DNA of 32,000 nucleotides from an uncultured archaeon (GTDB taxonomy: Archaea > Micrarchaeota > Micrarchaeia > Micrarchaeales > CABMGC01), in the NCBI GenBank assembly GCA_963704435.1, contig OY969902.1, positions 480,001-512,000 on the forward strand. The letters run 5' to 3'. The notes beneath the pieces were generated by a model that worked only from the letters and a program-made list of their open reading frames with translations, was not told the DNA's origin and did not search any database. Shown here piece after piece: positions 1 through 8,121 of this stretch. The position numbers were made by a program, and so were the translations under genes. The stretch's first letter is position 1. The number at the start of each line of letters is the position of its first letter.

Positions 1-2
1 TG

Positions 3-449
3 TCATTCATGAGGAAGAACGGAATAGGCAACATAATATCCATCGGGGGCACGCCCACCCAAAAGCAGGGCCCAGCTCCTTACATCATATCCTCAGATTC
101 TGCGATGGTGAAGAAGGCGGCCGCGCAGGGCATAAAGAGGATACAGGAAGGCGTTATCGCCGGAGTTAGCGCTGTCCTGATGACGAGCGCGGATGAGTTC
201 GGCATAACCGCCTCCAACCTGCTGGTCGAGGTAAATCCGGTGATAATGGATCCCAAGTACGCCAAGACCGCGATACAGGGGCTCCAGAAGCTGACCGGCC
301 TGAAGATAGATCTGGCTGACCTGGACAAGGAGACCAAGGAGGTCGAGGCCAGGGTCAGGGAGATGCTTAAGAAGGCGAAGGACACGCACGAGCACTACAA
401 TGAGGCCGCAGCGGGAGCCGGTGCGGAGGGCCCTTCGATGTACGCTTGA
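3..449 (+). CDS. PAC2 / proteasome-assembly-chaperone-like family protein, C-terminal part; frame is open to the left edge
   Basis: Protein has GVIAGVSAVLMTSADEFGITASNLLVEVNPVIMDPKYAKTAIQGLQKLTGLKIDLADL, resembling the archaeal PAC2 family. Codons upstream of the ATG at 9 are open to the edge. Confidence 0.7.
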   Translation, partial: SFMRKNGIGNIISIGGTPTQKQGPAPYIISSDSAMVKKAAAQGIKRIQEGVIAGVSAVLMTSADEFGITASNLLVEVNPVIMDPKYAKTAIQGLQKLTGLKIDLADLDKETKEVEARVREMLKKAKDTHEHYNEAAAGAGAEGPSMYA

Positions 450-461
450 CGCTTCTGCGGT

Positions 462-564
462 GCGGGGGTGGCAGAGTCTGGTCTGGCAAAGCCACAGAAA
501 AATGCGCAGGACTTAAGATCCTGTGGCCTCAGCGCCTTCGAGAGTTCAAATCTCTCCCCCCGCA
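462..564 (+). tRNA. tRNA-Leu(UAA) with a putative 18-nt D-loop intron (about 483..500)
   Basis: Acceptor GCGGGGG/CCCCCGC, anticodon arm CAGGA-CTTAAGA-TCCTG (TAA at 514-516), long variable arm GGC..GCC, T arm GAGAG-TTCAAAT-CTCTC. The D arm is canonical only after removing 483..500. Confidence 0.88.
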
Positions 565-615
565 ATCATTAAGGAAAAGTATTGTTAATTTTGCATGCGA
601 CAGATATTGAAGTAT

Positions 616-687
616 GCCCCTGTAGCTCAGTGGTAGAGCGTCTGCATGGTAAGCAGAAGGCCGCGAGTCCAATTCTCGTCGGGGGCT
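616..687 (+). tRNA. tRNA-Thr(GGU)
   Basis: GCCCCTG/CGGGGGC acceptor, GCTC/GAGC D stem, TCTGC-ATGGTAA-GCAGA anticodon arm (GGT at 648-650), GCGAG-TCCAATT-CTCGT T arm; intronless, 72 nt. Confidence 0.93.
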
Positions 688-732
688 GTACTCGCAATGC
701 GAGGGCGCATCAAAGATTCGTAGGAGATTTAA

Positions 733-1821
733 ATGGACGGAGAGGTTGTCTATCTATTCGTATACGACGTGGGCACCAAGTTCACTGAGGAGCAGCTGAA
801 AGGCATGCTCAAGAACCCCGAGGACTTCTCAAAGCACGAATACGCGAAACCCACCCCTGAGGAGATTGTCTCAATCAGGATACCCTTCATATTCAATCTC
901 AAGGAGGAGACGCTGGAGAACAAGAAGGAGGTCCTGAAGTTCAAGGTCCAGTGCGCGATATACACGACAGGGAGCTACTCGATAAGGGTCAGGCACCGTT
1001 TCTCCCAGGCTGACGCGGAGTTCCTGAAAAGGCTGGCGTTCGACAGCGGCATTTGGGAGTTCGTGACGAAGGCGGAGCAGAAGGCAAAGGTGAAGGTGGA
1101 GGCGTCGCTGTCGAAAATAAGCCAGATAAAACCCAGCAGCCAGAACGAGATCTACAACTTCTATTACATCGAGGGCGAGAAGGGCGACATCGTAAGGAAG
1201 CACCGGAGCCTGATAACGGGAATGCTCATCGACGAGCCGAATCCCGATGCGCTGGAGGCCTCGTATTCCACGGAGGTCATGAAAAGGAGGCTATCGTACA
1301 CGGCCTCCGAAGTCACATATGTGGGATGGGAAAGCGCGGTCAGGATAGACACGGCGAAGTCGTATGAGTACGAGGTGCTTCTCGCGGAGATAGCCAATGT
1401 GCAGCTGCTGGAACTGCGAATACACCACGACGCCATATCGAAGAAGATAGCCGACACTGACGTCCTGATGACGCAGCTATTCAACCCGCGCAGGTTCTCG
1501 AAGGGAGTCGACCTCAGGAAGCTCAACCTGATGCTCGGGGAGCTCTACAAAAACACAAAGGATACGATAACCGCAGTGAACGACACGATATACGGGTTCG
1601 GGGACTGGTACCTGGTGAAGCTGTACGGCCTCTTCAACGACGTCTTCCAGATAGACGAATGGAGGGCCTACCTGGATCGGGACCTGCAGACGGTAGAGCA
1701 GAGGAGGGTCTTCGTCTCCGAGATAATAAGCAACAACGGACAGCGGTTGCTGGAGCTGATAGTCATCTCGCTGATAGTGCTTGAGGTGCTCCTGGAGGTC
1801 CTCTACCTGATCAGAATCTAG
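733..1821 (+). CDS. RMD1/DUF155-like protein with C-terminal membrane anchor
   Basis: 362 aa; N-terminal VVYLFVYDVGTKF; C-terminal ISNNGQRLLELIVISLIVLEVLLEVLYLI resembles the DUF155/RMD1 C-terminal helix. Family call is from recall. Confidence 0.5.
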   Translation: MDGEVVYLFVYDVGTKFTEEQLKGMLKNPEDFSKHEYAKPTPEEIVSIRIPFIFNLKEETLENKKEVLKFKVQCAIYTTGSYSIRVRHRFSQADAEFLKRLAFDSGIWEFVTKAEQKAKVKVEASLSKISQIKPSSQNEIYNFYYIEGEKGDIVRKHRSLITGMLIDEPNPDALEASYSTEVMKRRLSYTASEVTYVGWESAVRIDTAKSYEYEVLLAEIANVQLLELRIHHDAISKKIADTDVLMTQLFNPRRFSKGVDLRKLNLMLGELYKNTKDTITAVNDTIYGFGDWYLVKLYGLFNDVFQIDEWRAYLDRDLQTVEQRRVFVSEIISNNGQRLLELIVISLIVLEVLLEVLYLIRI

Positions 1822-1915
1822 GCGGTTCTCCATCGCGTTTTCCCTGCTTTGTTATTCTTGCGCGGACGCCTTCGGAAAGGCATAAATAACTGAAAAACCA
1901 AAGTGAACCGATAGC

Positions 1916-2113
1916 GTGTGCCAAGTGCTAGTGGGTAGGGTAACGGAAGTTAGGGGAACTTCCATAACCGTCGAGAGGGAAGGGAGGCTGGAGGAGCTGA
2001 ATGCGAAGCTGGTCACAGTCGGGGATGGCGATTATGTCACTTTCTCAAAAGGCATGGCCATAGAAAAGATCGACAAGGAAGAAGCCGATATGCTGCTGGG
2101 GAATTTCGAATGA
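1916..2113 (+). CDS. hypC: HypC/HupF-family hydrogenase maturation chaperone
   Basis: 65 aa beginning Met-Cys (GTG start), with GRVTEV..., VGDGDYVTFSKGMAIEKIDKEEADMLL, the HypC hallmark layout; next to hydrogenase genes. Confidence 0.75.
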   Translation: MCQVLVGRVTEVRGTSITVEREGRLEELNAKLVTVGDGDYVTFSKGMAIEKIDKEEADMLLGNFE

Positions 2114-2721
2114 GCGCGATAAAAATAGACTCCGCGGCAATACCGCTGCTCGTAAACTACGGCCTTGGCTGCGTCAATGACCTGGTCAGGGAAGGTTTCA
2201 TTACTCCGGAGCGCGCTAAAAGCCTGGTCAACCGCGCCTTCGCCGATGAACCGCTGACTCTTGCCGACGCCCGCAGTTTCAGGAACGCGTATGTCAAGTG
2301 CACGATTCTGGCGTCAAAGATGGGCAAGGGCTCGATAGATACGGAGGTCGTAAGGACATATTTCCTCGACCCGTCCCAGCACAACAGCTACGTCGACCGC
2401 CTCTGGGAGGCTACGAAAGACTTCGACCGCGAGGGCTGCAAAAGTGGGATTGGAACTATTCGTAAGCTGGATGAGAGATCGGTGGTGGTGGCCATAGATT
2501 TCGGCGGCGGACCCCGCCTGCGGACCTATGCCAGCCACATGAAAGGCCTGCGTATGGGTGACGACGTGGCGGTCCACGCAGGATACGTCGCGGAAGGCAT
2601 GTCGAAAGAGCTTGCGGACCTGGTCTCCAGGCTGAAGAGCGCAGATTCCGCGCAGAGAGACTTGCTGCTCGGGGTGTTCAAATCGAAGGACGGAAAGGAA
2701 AAGAAGCGAATAAGGTCCTGA
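2110..2721 (+). CDS. Uncharacterised protein with C-terminal HypC-like domain
   Basis: 203 aa; residues from about 109 read CKSGIGTIRKLDERSVVVAIDFGGGPRLRTYASHMKGLRMGDDVAVHAGYVAEGMSKELADLV, HypC-like. ATG overlaps the stop of the preceding gene. Confidence 0.5.
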   Translation: MSAIKIDSAAIPLLVNYGLGCVNDLVREGFITPERAKSLVNRAFADEPLTLADARSFRNAYVKCTILASKMGKGSIDTEVVRTYFLDPSQHNSYVDRLWEATKDFDREGCKSGIGTIRKLDERSVVVAIDFGGGPRLRTYASHMKGLRMGDDVAVHAGYVAEGMSKELADLVSRLKSADSAQRDLLLGVFKSKDGKEKKRIRS

Positions 2722-2735
2722 TCTTCGGAAATCCG

Positions 2736-3089
2736 ATGGTCGATAAGGACAGCATGCCGCTCAGGCTGATGCGAAGCCTCAGCAGAGAATTCCCACAGAT
2801 AGCGTTCAAGGAGTTCGACCCGAACGAGAACCTTGAGCGCGAAGGGAGGGACCTGAACATAATAGACGCGGTTGAGGGAATCGACAGGGTCACCTTGATA
2901 ACGGACATCGGTATGATAAGGACCCAGAAGGCGGTGTCGATGCACGATTTCGACCTCGGCCACACTCTTAAGCTGCTGAAGAAATTGAATTACATAGATT
3001 CGGTAAGGATATTCGGGGTTCCGATGGGGATAAGCGAGAAGGAAGCCCTGGAGCAGCTCGGCTCCCTCATTCGTGCCAATTTACTCTGA
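2736..3089 (+). CDS. Hydrogenase maturation protease-like protein (HyaD/HycI family); true start probably upstream of 2736
   Basis: In-frame codons upstream of the ATG encode KVLIFGNPM, the N-terminal GN motif of this family; downstream NIIDAVEGIDRVTLITDI. Confidence 0.5.
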   Translation: MVDKDSMPLRLMRSLSREFPQIAFKEFDPNENLEREGRDLNIIDAVEGIDRVTLITDIGMIRTQKAVSMHDFDLGHTLKLLKKLNYIDSVRIFGVPMGISEKEALEQLGSLIRANLL

Positions 3090-4362
3090 GGAAGTGGCTC
3101 GCGCAGCTCATGCACGGGTCGTAGGCCCTTATCATCTTCTCCATCTCGAACTCGAGCTGCTTCTTGTCCTTCCCGATGTTGGCCTCCACGGTCTGCACTA
3201 TCGTCTTCTCCATGCAGATCTGGTTCTGCTGGGTGGGCACGATTATGTTGCCGTACGCGATCTTGCCGGTCTTGTCTATCGTGACCATGTAGTAGAGCAT
3301 GCCCCTCGGTGCCTCCACGAGGCCGATGCCCTCGCCCTCCTTTATCGTCGCGTGCGGAACCTGCTCATCCTTGAACTCGTTTGACTCGAGCAGCTCTATC
3401 GAATGGTCTATGCTGTGCAGCAGCTCTATCGACTGCGCGAGGTTGTTGTGGTATATGTTCTTCGAGGGGAAGGCGCTAATGTACTTGGCGGCGTCCCTCC
3501 TGGTGTCCGCATGGAGGTTCCCCCTGTTGAGGTTCATCCTCGCCAGCGCTCCGACCATGAACTCCCTGCCTTCGAAGTTGTAGCCCGTCGCCTCGGAGTA
3601 GGGTATGACCACCTTGTCGAGATAGTCCCTGTACCTGCTCTCTGGGATGACCGCGCCCCGCGTATCGTTGATGACGCCGTTGATGAAGGAATAGTCCTTC
3701 GTGACCAGCGATACGAAGTCCGTGTCGCGCTCGAGCCTGAAATCCGAGTTGTAGAACAAGTCGGTGAGCTCTATCACGTGGCCCCTTACCGATTTCAGCT
3801 CTGCGATCAGCTTCTTGACGTCTTCCGGGTCGGGTATGTGTGAGAACCTGCCCACTTCCGCGAATGTCGCATGCACCGCCCTTCCGGCTATGACCTTCGA
3901 GAGGTCGTTCCCCGCGCCCTTTATCGCGAACGCCTTCCTCAGCAGCTCGTTCTGCGTATCGTCGAAATCGAGGACAGAGTCCTTCCCCAAGATGTCGGGG
4001 AGGCTGAACAGGTAGAGGTGGAGGGCGTGGTCCCTTATCATCATGCCGTACATCGAGAGCTTCCTGAGCAGCAGCGTCTGGTCGGTGAGCTCGCAGCCTA
4101 TGGCCCTCTCTATCGCCTCCGAGCAGCACGTGAGGTGCGCTATGCTGCACGTCCCGCATATCCTGGAGGTGAGCAGCGGTAGCGCGACGGCGGACTTGCC
4201 CCTTATCGCCTGCGTGTAGAACCTCTTGCTCTCGGTTATCTTCAGCTTGACGTACTTGACCTTGTTGTCCTTTATCTTTATGTCGAGGCTGCCGTGTCCC
4301 TCTATCTTGCTCAGGTTGTCAAGGCGTATCTCCTCGCCCTTGTCCTTATGCATGGATAACAC
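3067..4362 (-). CDS. [NiFe] hydrogenase large subunit
   Basis: 431 aa with N-terminal EGHG, L1 motif RICGTCSIAH, and C-terminal L2 motif DPCMSCASH followed by an 8-aa tail. Confidence 0.92.
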   Translation of the reverse strand: MLSMHKDKGEEIRLDNLSKIEGHGSLDIKIKDNKVKYVKLKITESKRFYTQAIRGKSAVALPLLTSRICGTCSIAHLTCCSEAIERAIGCELTDQTLLLRKLSMYGMMIRDHALHLYLFSLPDILGKDSVLDFDDTQNELLRKAFAIKGAGNDLSKVIAGRAVHATFAEVGRFSHIPDPEDVKKLIAELKSVRGHVIELTDLFYNSDFRLERDTDFVSLVTKDYSFINGVINDTRGAVIPESRYRDYLDKVVIPYSEATGYNFEGREFMVGALARMNLNRGNLHADTRRDAAKYISAFPSKNIYHNNLAQSIELLHSIDHSIELLESNEFKDEQVPHATIKEGEGIGLVEAPRGMLYYMVTIDKTGKIAYGNIIVPTQQNQICMEKTIVQTVEANIGKDKKQLEFEMEKMIRAYDPCMSCASHFLRVNWHE

Positions 4363-4834
4363 CGAACTCCTTCAGGTACTTGTCCAGCGCCCTCATGAAG
4401 GCGCCCTCGTCCATCGGGCAGCCTGGGATATCGTCGTCGACCTGCACGATCTCCTTCAGCGACCTCACCCTTTCGGTCTGCTTGAACCTCTTGACCAGGA
4501 AGTCTATCTCCCCCCTCAGCTCAGTATCGAACATGTTCCTCTGCCCCGACGGCATCGCCTCGATGGCGCAAGACCCGACGGCCACCAGCCTCTTCGAGTT
4601 CTTCCGTATGGACCTGAGCCTCTTGGCGTCCGCCTCGGTCGTTATCGCCCCTTCGACGAAAGCGACGTCTATGTTCGCGAGCGAGTTGTTCCTCCTCAGG
4701 ACCCTCGCGTGCCTTATGTCAAGCAGGTCCTTCCACTTGAAGTAGTTCTCGTTCATCAGCTCCACCCAGACCATCGTGCTGTCTTCGCAGCAGGTGAAGG
4801 AGAACCAGCCTATCTTTAGCTTCTTTCCGGTCAC
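4346..4834 (-). CDS. [NiFe] hydrogenase small subunit / NuoB-like 20 kDa subunit
   Basis: 162 aa; KIGWFSFTCCEDS, VDVAFVEGAI-like IDVAFVEGAI, AVGSCA and DIPGCPMDE motifs; overlaps the large-subunit gene start. Confidence 0.85.
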   Translation of the reverse strand: MTGKKLKIGWFSFTCCEDSTMVWVELMNENYFKWKDLLDIRHARVLRRNNSLANIDVAFVEGAITTEADAKRLRSIRKNSKRLVAVGSCAIEAMPSGQRNMFDTELRGEIDFLVKRFKQTERVRSLKEIVQVDDDIPGCPMDEGAFMRALDKYLKEFGVIHA

Positions 4835-4920
4835 GGTAGGACTTTCGCTTTACCTGATTATAAAGCTTACGCGAATCCGCAGGGCCCTTGAATCGGAATT
4901 CCTTCAGCGTAAGCTCAGGC

Positions 4921-4930
4921 TTAAATATTG
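4921..4930 (+). promoter_or_regulatory. Putative TATA box upstream of the TIM-barrel gene
   Basis: ttaaatattg about 38 nt upstream of the TTG start at 4959. Confidence 0.45.
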
Positions 4931-4958
4931 CAAAATCAACAACCACTAGGGGAGTCGT

Positions 4959-5768
4959 TTGGAGAAACCTTACGTCGGAGTCACAGGACCCACCTCACGC
5001 CAGGAAGTTTCCTCGGTCGTATCTGCCTTCAACGACAACTGCTTCAACATGCTCTACTCGCCGCACATGCCGATGCTTGGATTCCTAGTGTCGTACAAGA
5101 CTCTCGCGCAGGGACGGAATCCCGGAAATCTGCGATACCCGGAGCTTAGTGACCTGTCGCCCCTTCTCGAGGCTGCCAAGGACAAGGCGTTCGTGACGAT
5201 ACACTACAACACCAGGAACAGGGAGGGGCTCAGCGATGAGGTGCATGCGCTGCTCGAGCACGATAAGATAAGCGAGAGGGAACTGTGTGACGGGCTGCAG
5301 CTCAACGTCACGTGGCCCGATCCGGTCCAGGTAAGGGAGATAAAAGACAGGTATCCCGAGCTCAAGCTGATAATATCGCTCTCCAGAGACGCGATGGGGC
5401 TGCCGGCCAACCCGATTCCTCCAAAGGAGATTGCGGAGCGGGCGTCGGTATATTCGGATGCTGCGGACTATGTCCTCGTTGACCCTTCTGGCGGGTGGGG
5501 GATACCGTTCGATGCCGATCACGCTGCCAGCGTATACGAAGCGCTTTCGGACTACGTTCCTGCTGCGATAGGTTTTGCGGGAGGGCTTTCCGGGGAGAAC
5601 GCGAGAGAGACTGTCTCCAGGCTCAGCGAAGCGCTGGGCTCGGTGGATTTCTCGATAGACGCGGAGAGCTTGCTCAGGGACCCTGTGGGGCCAGGCTACG
5701 GAAACGACATCCTAAACCAGGGCAAGGTGCACTCCTACCTGACCGGCGTGTCCCGCGTCCTTCGCTGA
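4959..5768 (+). CDS. TIM-barrel protein, phosphoribosylanthranilate isomerase (TrpF)-like
   Basis: 269 aa, TTG start; barrel-like strands DGLQLNVTWP, LKLIISLS, ADYVLVDPSGGWGIPFD, AIGFAGGLSGEN, VDFSIDAES resemble TrpF organisation. Confidence 0.5.
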   Translation: MEKPYVGVTGPTSRQEVSSVVSAFNDNCFNMLYSPHMPMLGFLVSYKTLAQGRNPGNLRYPELSDLSPLLEAAKDKAFVTIHYNTRNREGLSDEVHALLEHDKISERELCDGLQLNVTWPDPVQVREIKDRYPELKLIISLSRDAMGLPANPIPPKEIAERASVYSDAADYVLVDPSGGWGIPFDADHAASVYEALSDYVPAAIGFAGGLSGENARETVSRLSEALGSVDFSIDAESLLRDPVGPGYGNDILNQGKVHSYLTGVSRVLR

Positions 5769-5925
5769 CGGCGCTACGCAGCTGAAACGGGCCGCATTAG
5801 TGACACCTAGGCATTCCACTATTCGATTTTTGACGCGGGTTAACGGGATAGTATCGGAATTTCCCGCGCGGGGCGCAATGCCTATATAAAGGATTTCCCA
5901 TTCTCTTGCTGAGTGAGGTGGTTCA

Positions 5926-6423
5926 TTGCAGTATGCTGAGTTCGTCAAGGTCGAGAAGATACGTGGGATATTCGACAAGATAGCCTACGCGTCGTTGGCC
6001 CTGGACTTTGGCATAGCGATACTAACCCTGGTCTCGCTCAACACCTCCTTGCAATTCGGCAACATCCAGTTCACGCTGAACATGCTGCTTTCTGTGGAAG
6101 TGGTTGTAGTCGCTGTGCTGATGACTGCGATGCTGCTCCTGCACCACTACCAGAAGATACTCTTCAACCTCGCGGAATTCAGCAGGTCGATAAAAGGCGG
6201 CCCGCACGCAAAGATGGTGCACGTATGGCACAGGAAGCTCGCCATCGCCAAAATTAACTATGTGATGCTTGGCAGCCGGCACAAGAAGGGCCGGTCCGCG
6301 TTGGAGAGCGCTGAGGCCAGGCTCGGCAGGGCGCTGGCGGGCAACCAGCGCAAAGCGGGCAGGCCTGCGTGGCAGAAGTGGCTTGAGGGCGCCTTCGGAG
6401 TTCGACTTGCGCCAGCTCGGTGA
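5926..6423 (+). CDS. Hypothetical membrane protein with two predicted transmembrane segments
   Basis: 165 aa, hydrophobic stretches IAYASLALDFGIAILTLVSL and LLSVEVVVVAVLMTAMLLL; TATA box cctatataaa at 5881. Confidence 0.55.
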   Translation: MQYAEFVKVEKIRGIFDKIAYASLALDFGIAILTLVSLNTSLQFGNIQFTLNMLLSVEVVVVAVLMTAMLLLHHYQKILFNLAEFSRSIKGGPHAKMVHVWHRKLAIAKINYVMLGSRHKKGRSALESAEARLGRALAGNQRKAGRPAWQKWLEGAFGVRLAPAR

Positions 6424-6474
6424 ATTGCGATGCTTAAGTGCATCTTTTAAATACCCTTATTCCGAAGCAATATC

Positions 6475-7722
6475 ATGCCAAAGGGTAAGCTCAAGGCCGA
6501 GAAGAGCGAGAGGCTGCTCATACTCGTCGTGGACGTCGACAACGACCTCTACAGGAAGACGAGGATAGGCGGGCCGCTCATCGGCAGGGTGCAGAACCTC
6601 AACGGCGCGACTCAGCTGTCGCTGGCCGACCCCGAGGACACCGACGCTAACACGATGTTCCAGGCGGTCAAGATCTACGACGAGCTGAAGGACGAGGGAT
6701 ACTCGGTCAACATCGCGACGATAACCGGGGCCGAGAGCGAGGGCTATACCGCAGACAGGGAGATAGCCGCACAGCTCGACAAGGTGCTCGCGCAGGCCAA
6801 GGCCGACGCCTGCGTATTCGTAACCGACGGCGCGAGCGACGAGCGCTCGCTTCCGCTGATAGAGTCCAGGATAAAGATAAACAGCGTGAAGAGCATAACG
6901 GTCAAGCAGAGCAAGGCGCTGGAGAACACCTACTTCACGATTTTGGAGAAGCTCAAGGAGCCCCACTACGCCAGGATCGTCTTCGGCATACCCGCGATAC
7001 TGGCGCTGCTGTTCGCGCTAAGCTACGCTGCTGGCCTGGGCTGGCAGGTGCCGATAGCCATAATAGGCCTCTACCTGTTCGTCAAGGGATTCGGCCTCGA
7101 GGATACGCTCCTCGGGTCGTTCAAGGGATTCGGGTTCAGCATAGACCGCATGAGCTTCGTCTTCTACCTGACTTCGCTGGTGTTCCTCGTGGCAGGGATA
7201 TTCGTCGGGGCTAGCGACTACGTCGTGCAGCTGGCATCCACGGGCAACGCGGCGCTCGCGCTCGTGTACGGGATTGAGGGGCTGATGCTGCTTCTTCCGA
7301 TAATAATGATCCTGTTCCTCATCGGCAGGATAATAGACACAAGGTCGAGCAGGTACGTCTTCAGGAACTTCAGGTATGGGGTGTACGTCGGCTCGTCCAT
7401 CATCATATGGGTGCTGCTGTACTCCTTCACCGCGTGGTTCCTCGGACAGCTCTACTTCGGCCAGTTCCTGCTGTTCACGATCTGCGCGATAGCCATAGGG
7501 ATAGCGATATCCACGGTAACGGGCGCGCTGCGCACGCGGGTGCTCAGGACCAAGAGGCTGAAGAACAAGCTCGTGGTCAACGAGCTCGGGACGATGATAG
7601 GGAAGGTCGCGGGAATTGACCTGAAGAGGGGCAGCCTCATAATCAGCACAAGCTTCGGGAACCCGGTCAGGTACAGCGTCGACAGGATAGTCGAGATCGC
7701 CAACAAGATAGTCATAAAGTAA
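6475..7722 (+). CDS. DUF373 family archaeal membrane protein
   Basis: 415 aa; LLILVVDVDNDLYRKTRIGGPLIGR..NL..A...LADPEDTDANTMFQAVKIYDEL is characteristic of archaeal DUF373. Confidence 0.85.
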   Translation: MPKGKLKAEKSERLLILVVDVDNDLYRKTRIGGPLIGRVQNLNGATQLSLADPEDTDANTMFQAVKIYDELKDEGYSVNIATITGAESEGYTADREIAAQLDKVLAQAKADACVFVTDGASDERSLPLIESRIKINSVKSITVKQSKALENTYFTILEKLKEPHYARIVFGIPAILALLFALSYAAGLGWQVPIAIIGLYLFVKGFGLEDTLLGSFKGFGFSIDRMSFVFYLTSLVFLVAGIFVGASDYVVQLASTGNAALALVYGIEGLMLLLPIIMILFLIGRIIDTRSSRYVFRNFRYGVYVGSSIIIWVLLYSFTAWFLGQLYFGQFLLFTICAIAIGIAISTVTGALRTRVLRTKRLKNKLVVNELGTMIGKVAGIDLKRGSLIISTSFGNPVRYSVDRIVEIANKIVIK

Positions 7723-7772
7723 CGGATTTCCCGCGGCGTCCCGCTGACGGATCGGCGACCTAAAAGATTTAA

Positions 7773-7786
7773 ATATCTATAGATAT
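7773..7786. promoter_or_regulatory. 14-bp perfect palindrome atatctatagatat at the rnp1/ribosomal promoter
   Basis: Direct reading; overlaps/abuts the TATA-like gatttaaatatc about 40 nt upstream of ATG 7814. Confidence 0.5.
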
Positions 7787-7813
7787 AAGAACTACAATTG
7801 CGCTAACATAGGC

Positions 7814-8116
7814 ATGGACTGCGCAGACTACAACAACAGGAATATAGTGCTCAACGAGCTGATAGGGCTCAGGGCGCGTGTAGTCCGATGTTCTGACAGG
7901 AAACAAAACGGCCTAGAAGGCACAATCGTGGACGAGACGAAGAACACGCTGCTGATTGAGACCGACGGAAAATGCAGGAAGGTCGTGAAGGCCTCCTCGA
8001 CGTTTCGGTTCTACACCCGCGGCGGGTCGTTCGTCGTAGAAGGCAGGGAGATAAACTTCCGGCCCCACGAGCGCATAGAGAAGGCAATGAAGTTTTACAA
8101 GAGAAGGAAGCTGTGA
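7814..8116 (+). CDS. rnp1: Ribonuclease P protein component 1 (Rpp29/Pop4)
   Basis: ELIGLRARVVRCSDRKQNGLEGTIVDETKNTLLIE... directly upstream of S17 as in many archaea. Confidence 0.9.
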   Translation: MDCADYNNRNIVLNELIGLRARVVRCSDRKQNGLEGTIVDETKNTLLIETDGKCRKVVKASSTFRFYTRGGSFVVEGREINFRPHERIEKAMKFYKRRKL

Positions 8117-8121
8117 TTTGA

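Noticed and set aside
616-687. Possible intron in tRNA-Thr
   Set aside because: All arms are canonical length; no BHB motif.
3299-4182. Several plus-strand and minus-strand ORFs inside the hydrogenase large-subunit gene
   Set aside because: Overprinted on a gene with diagnostic hydrogenase motifs.
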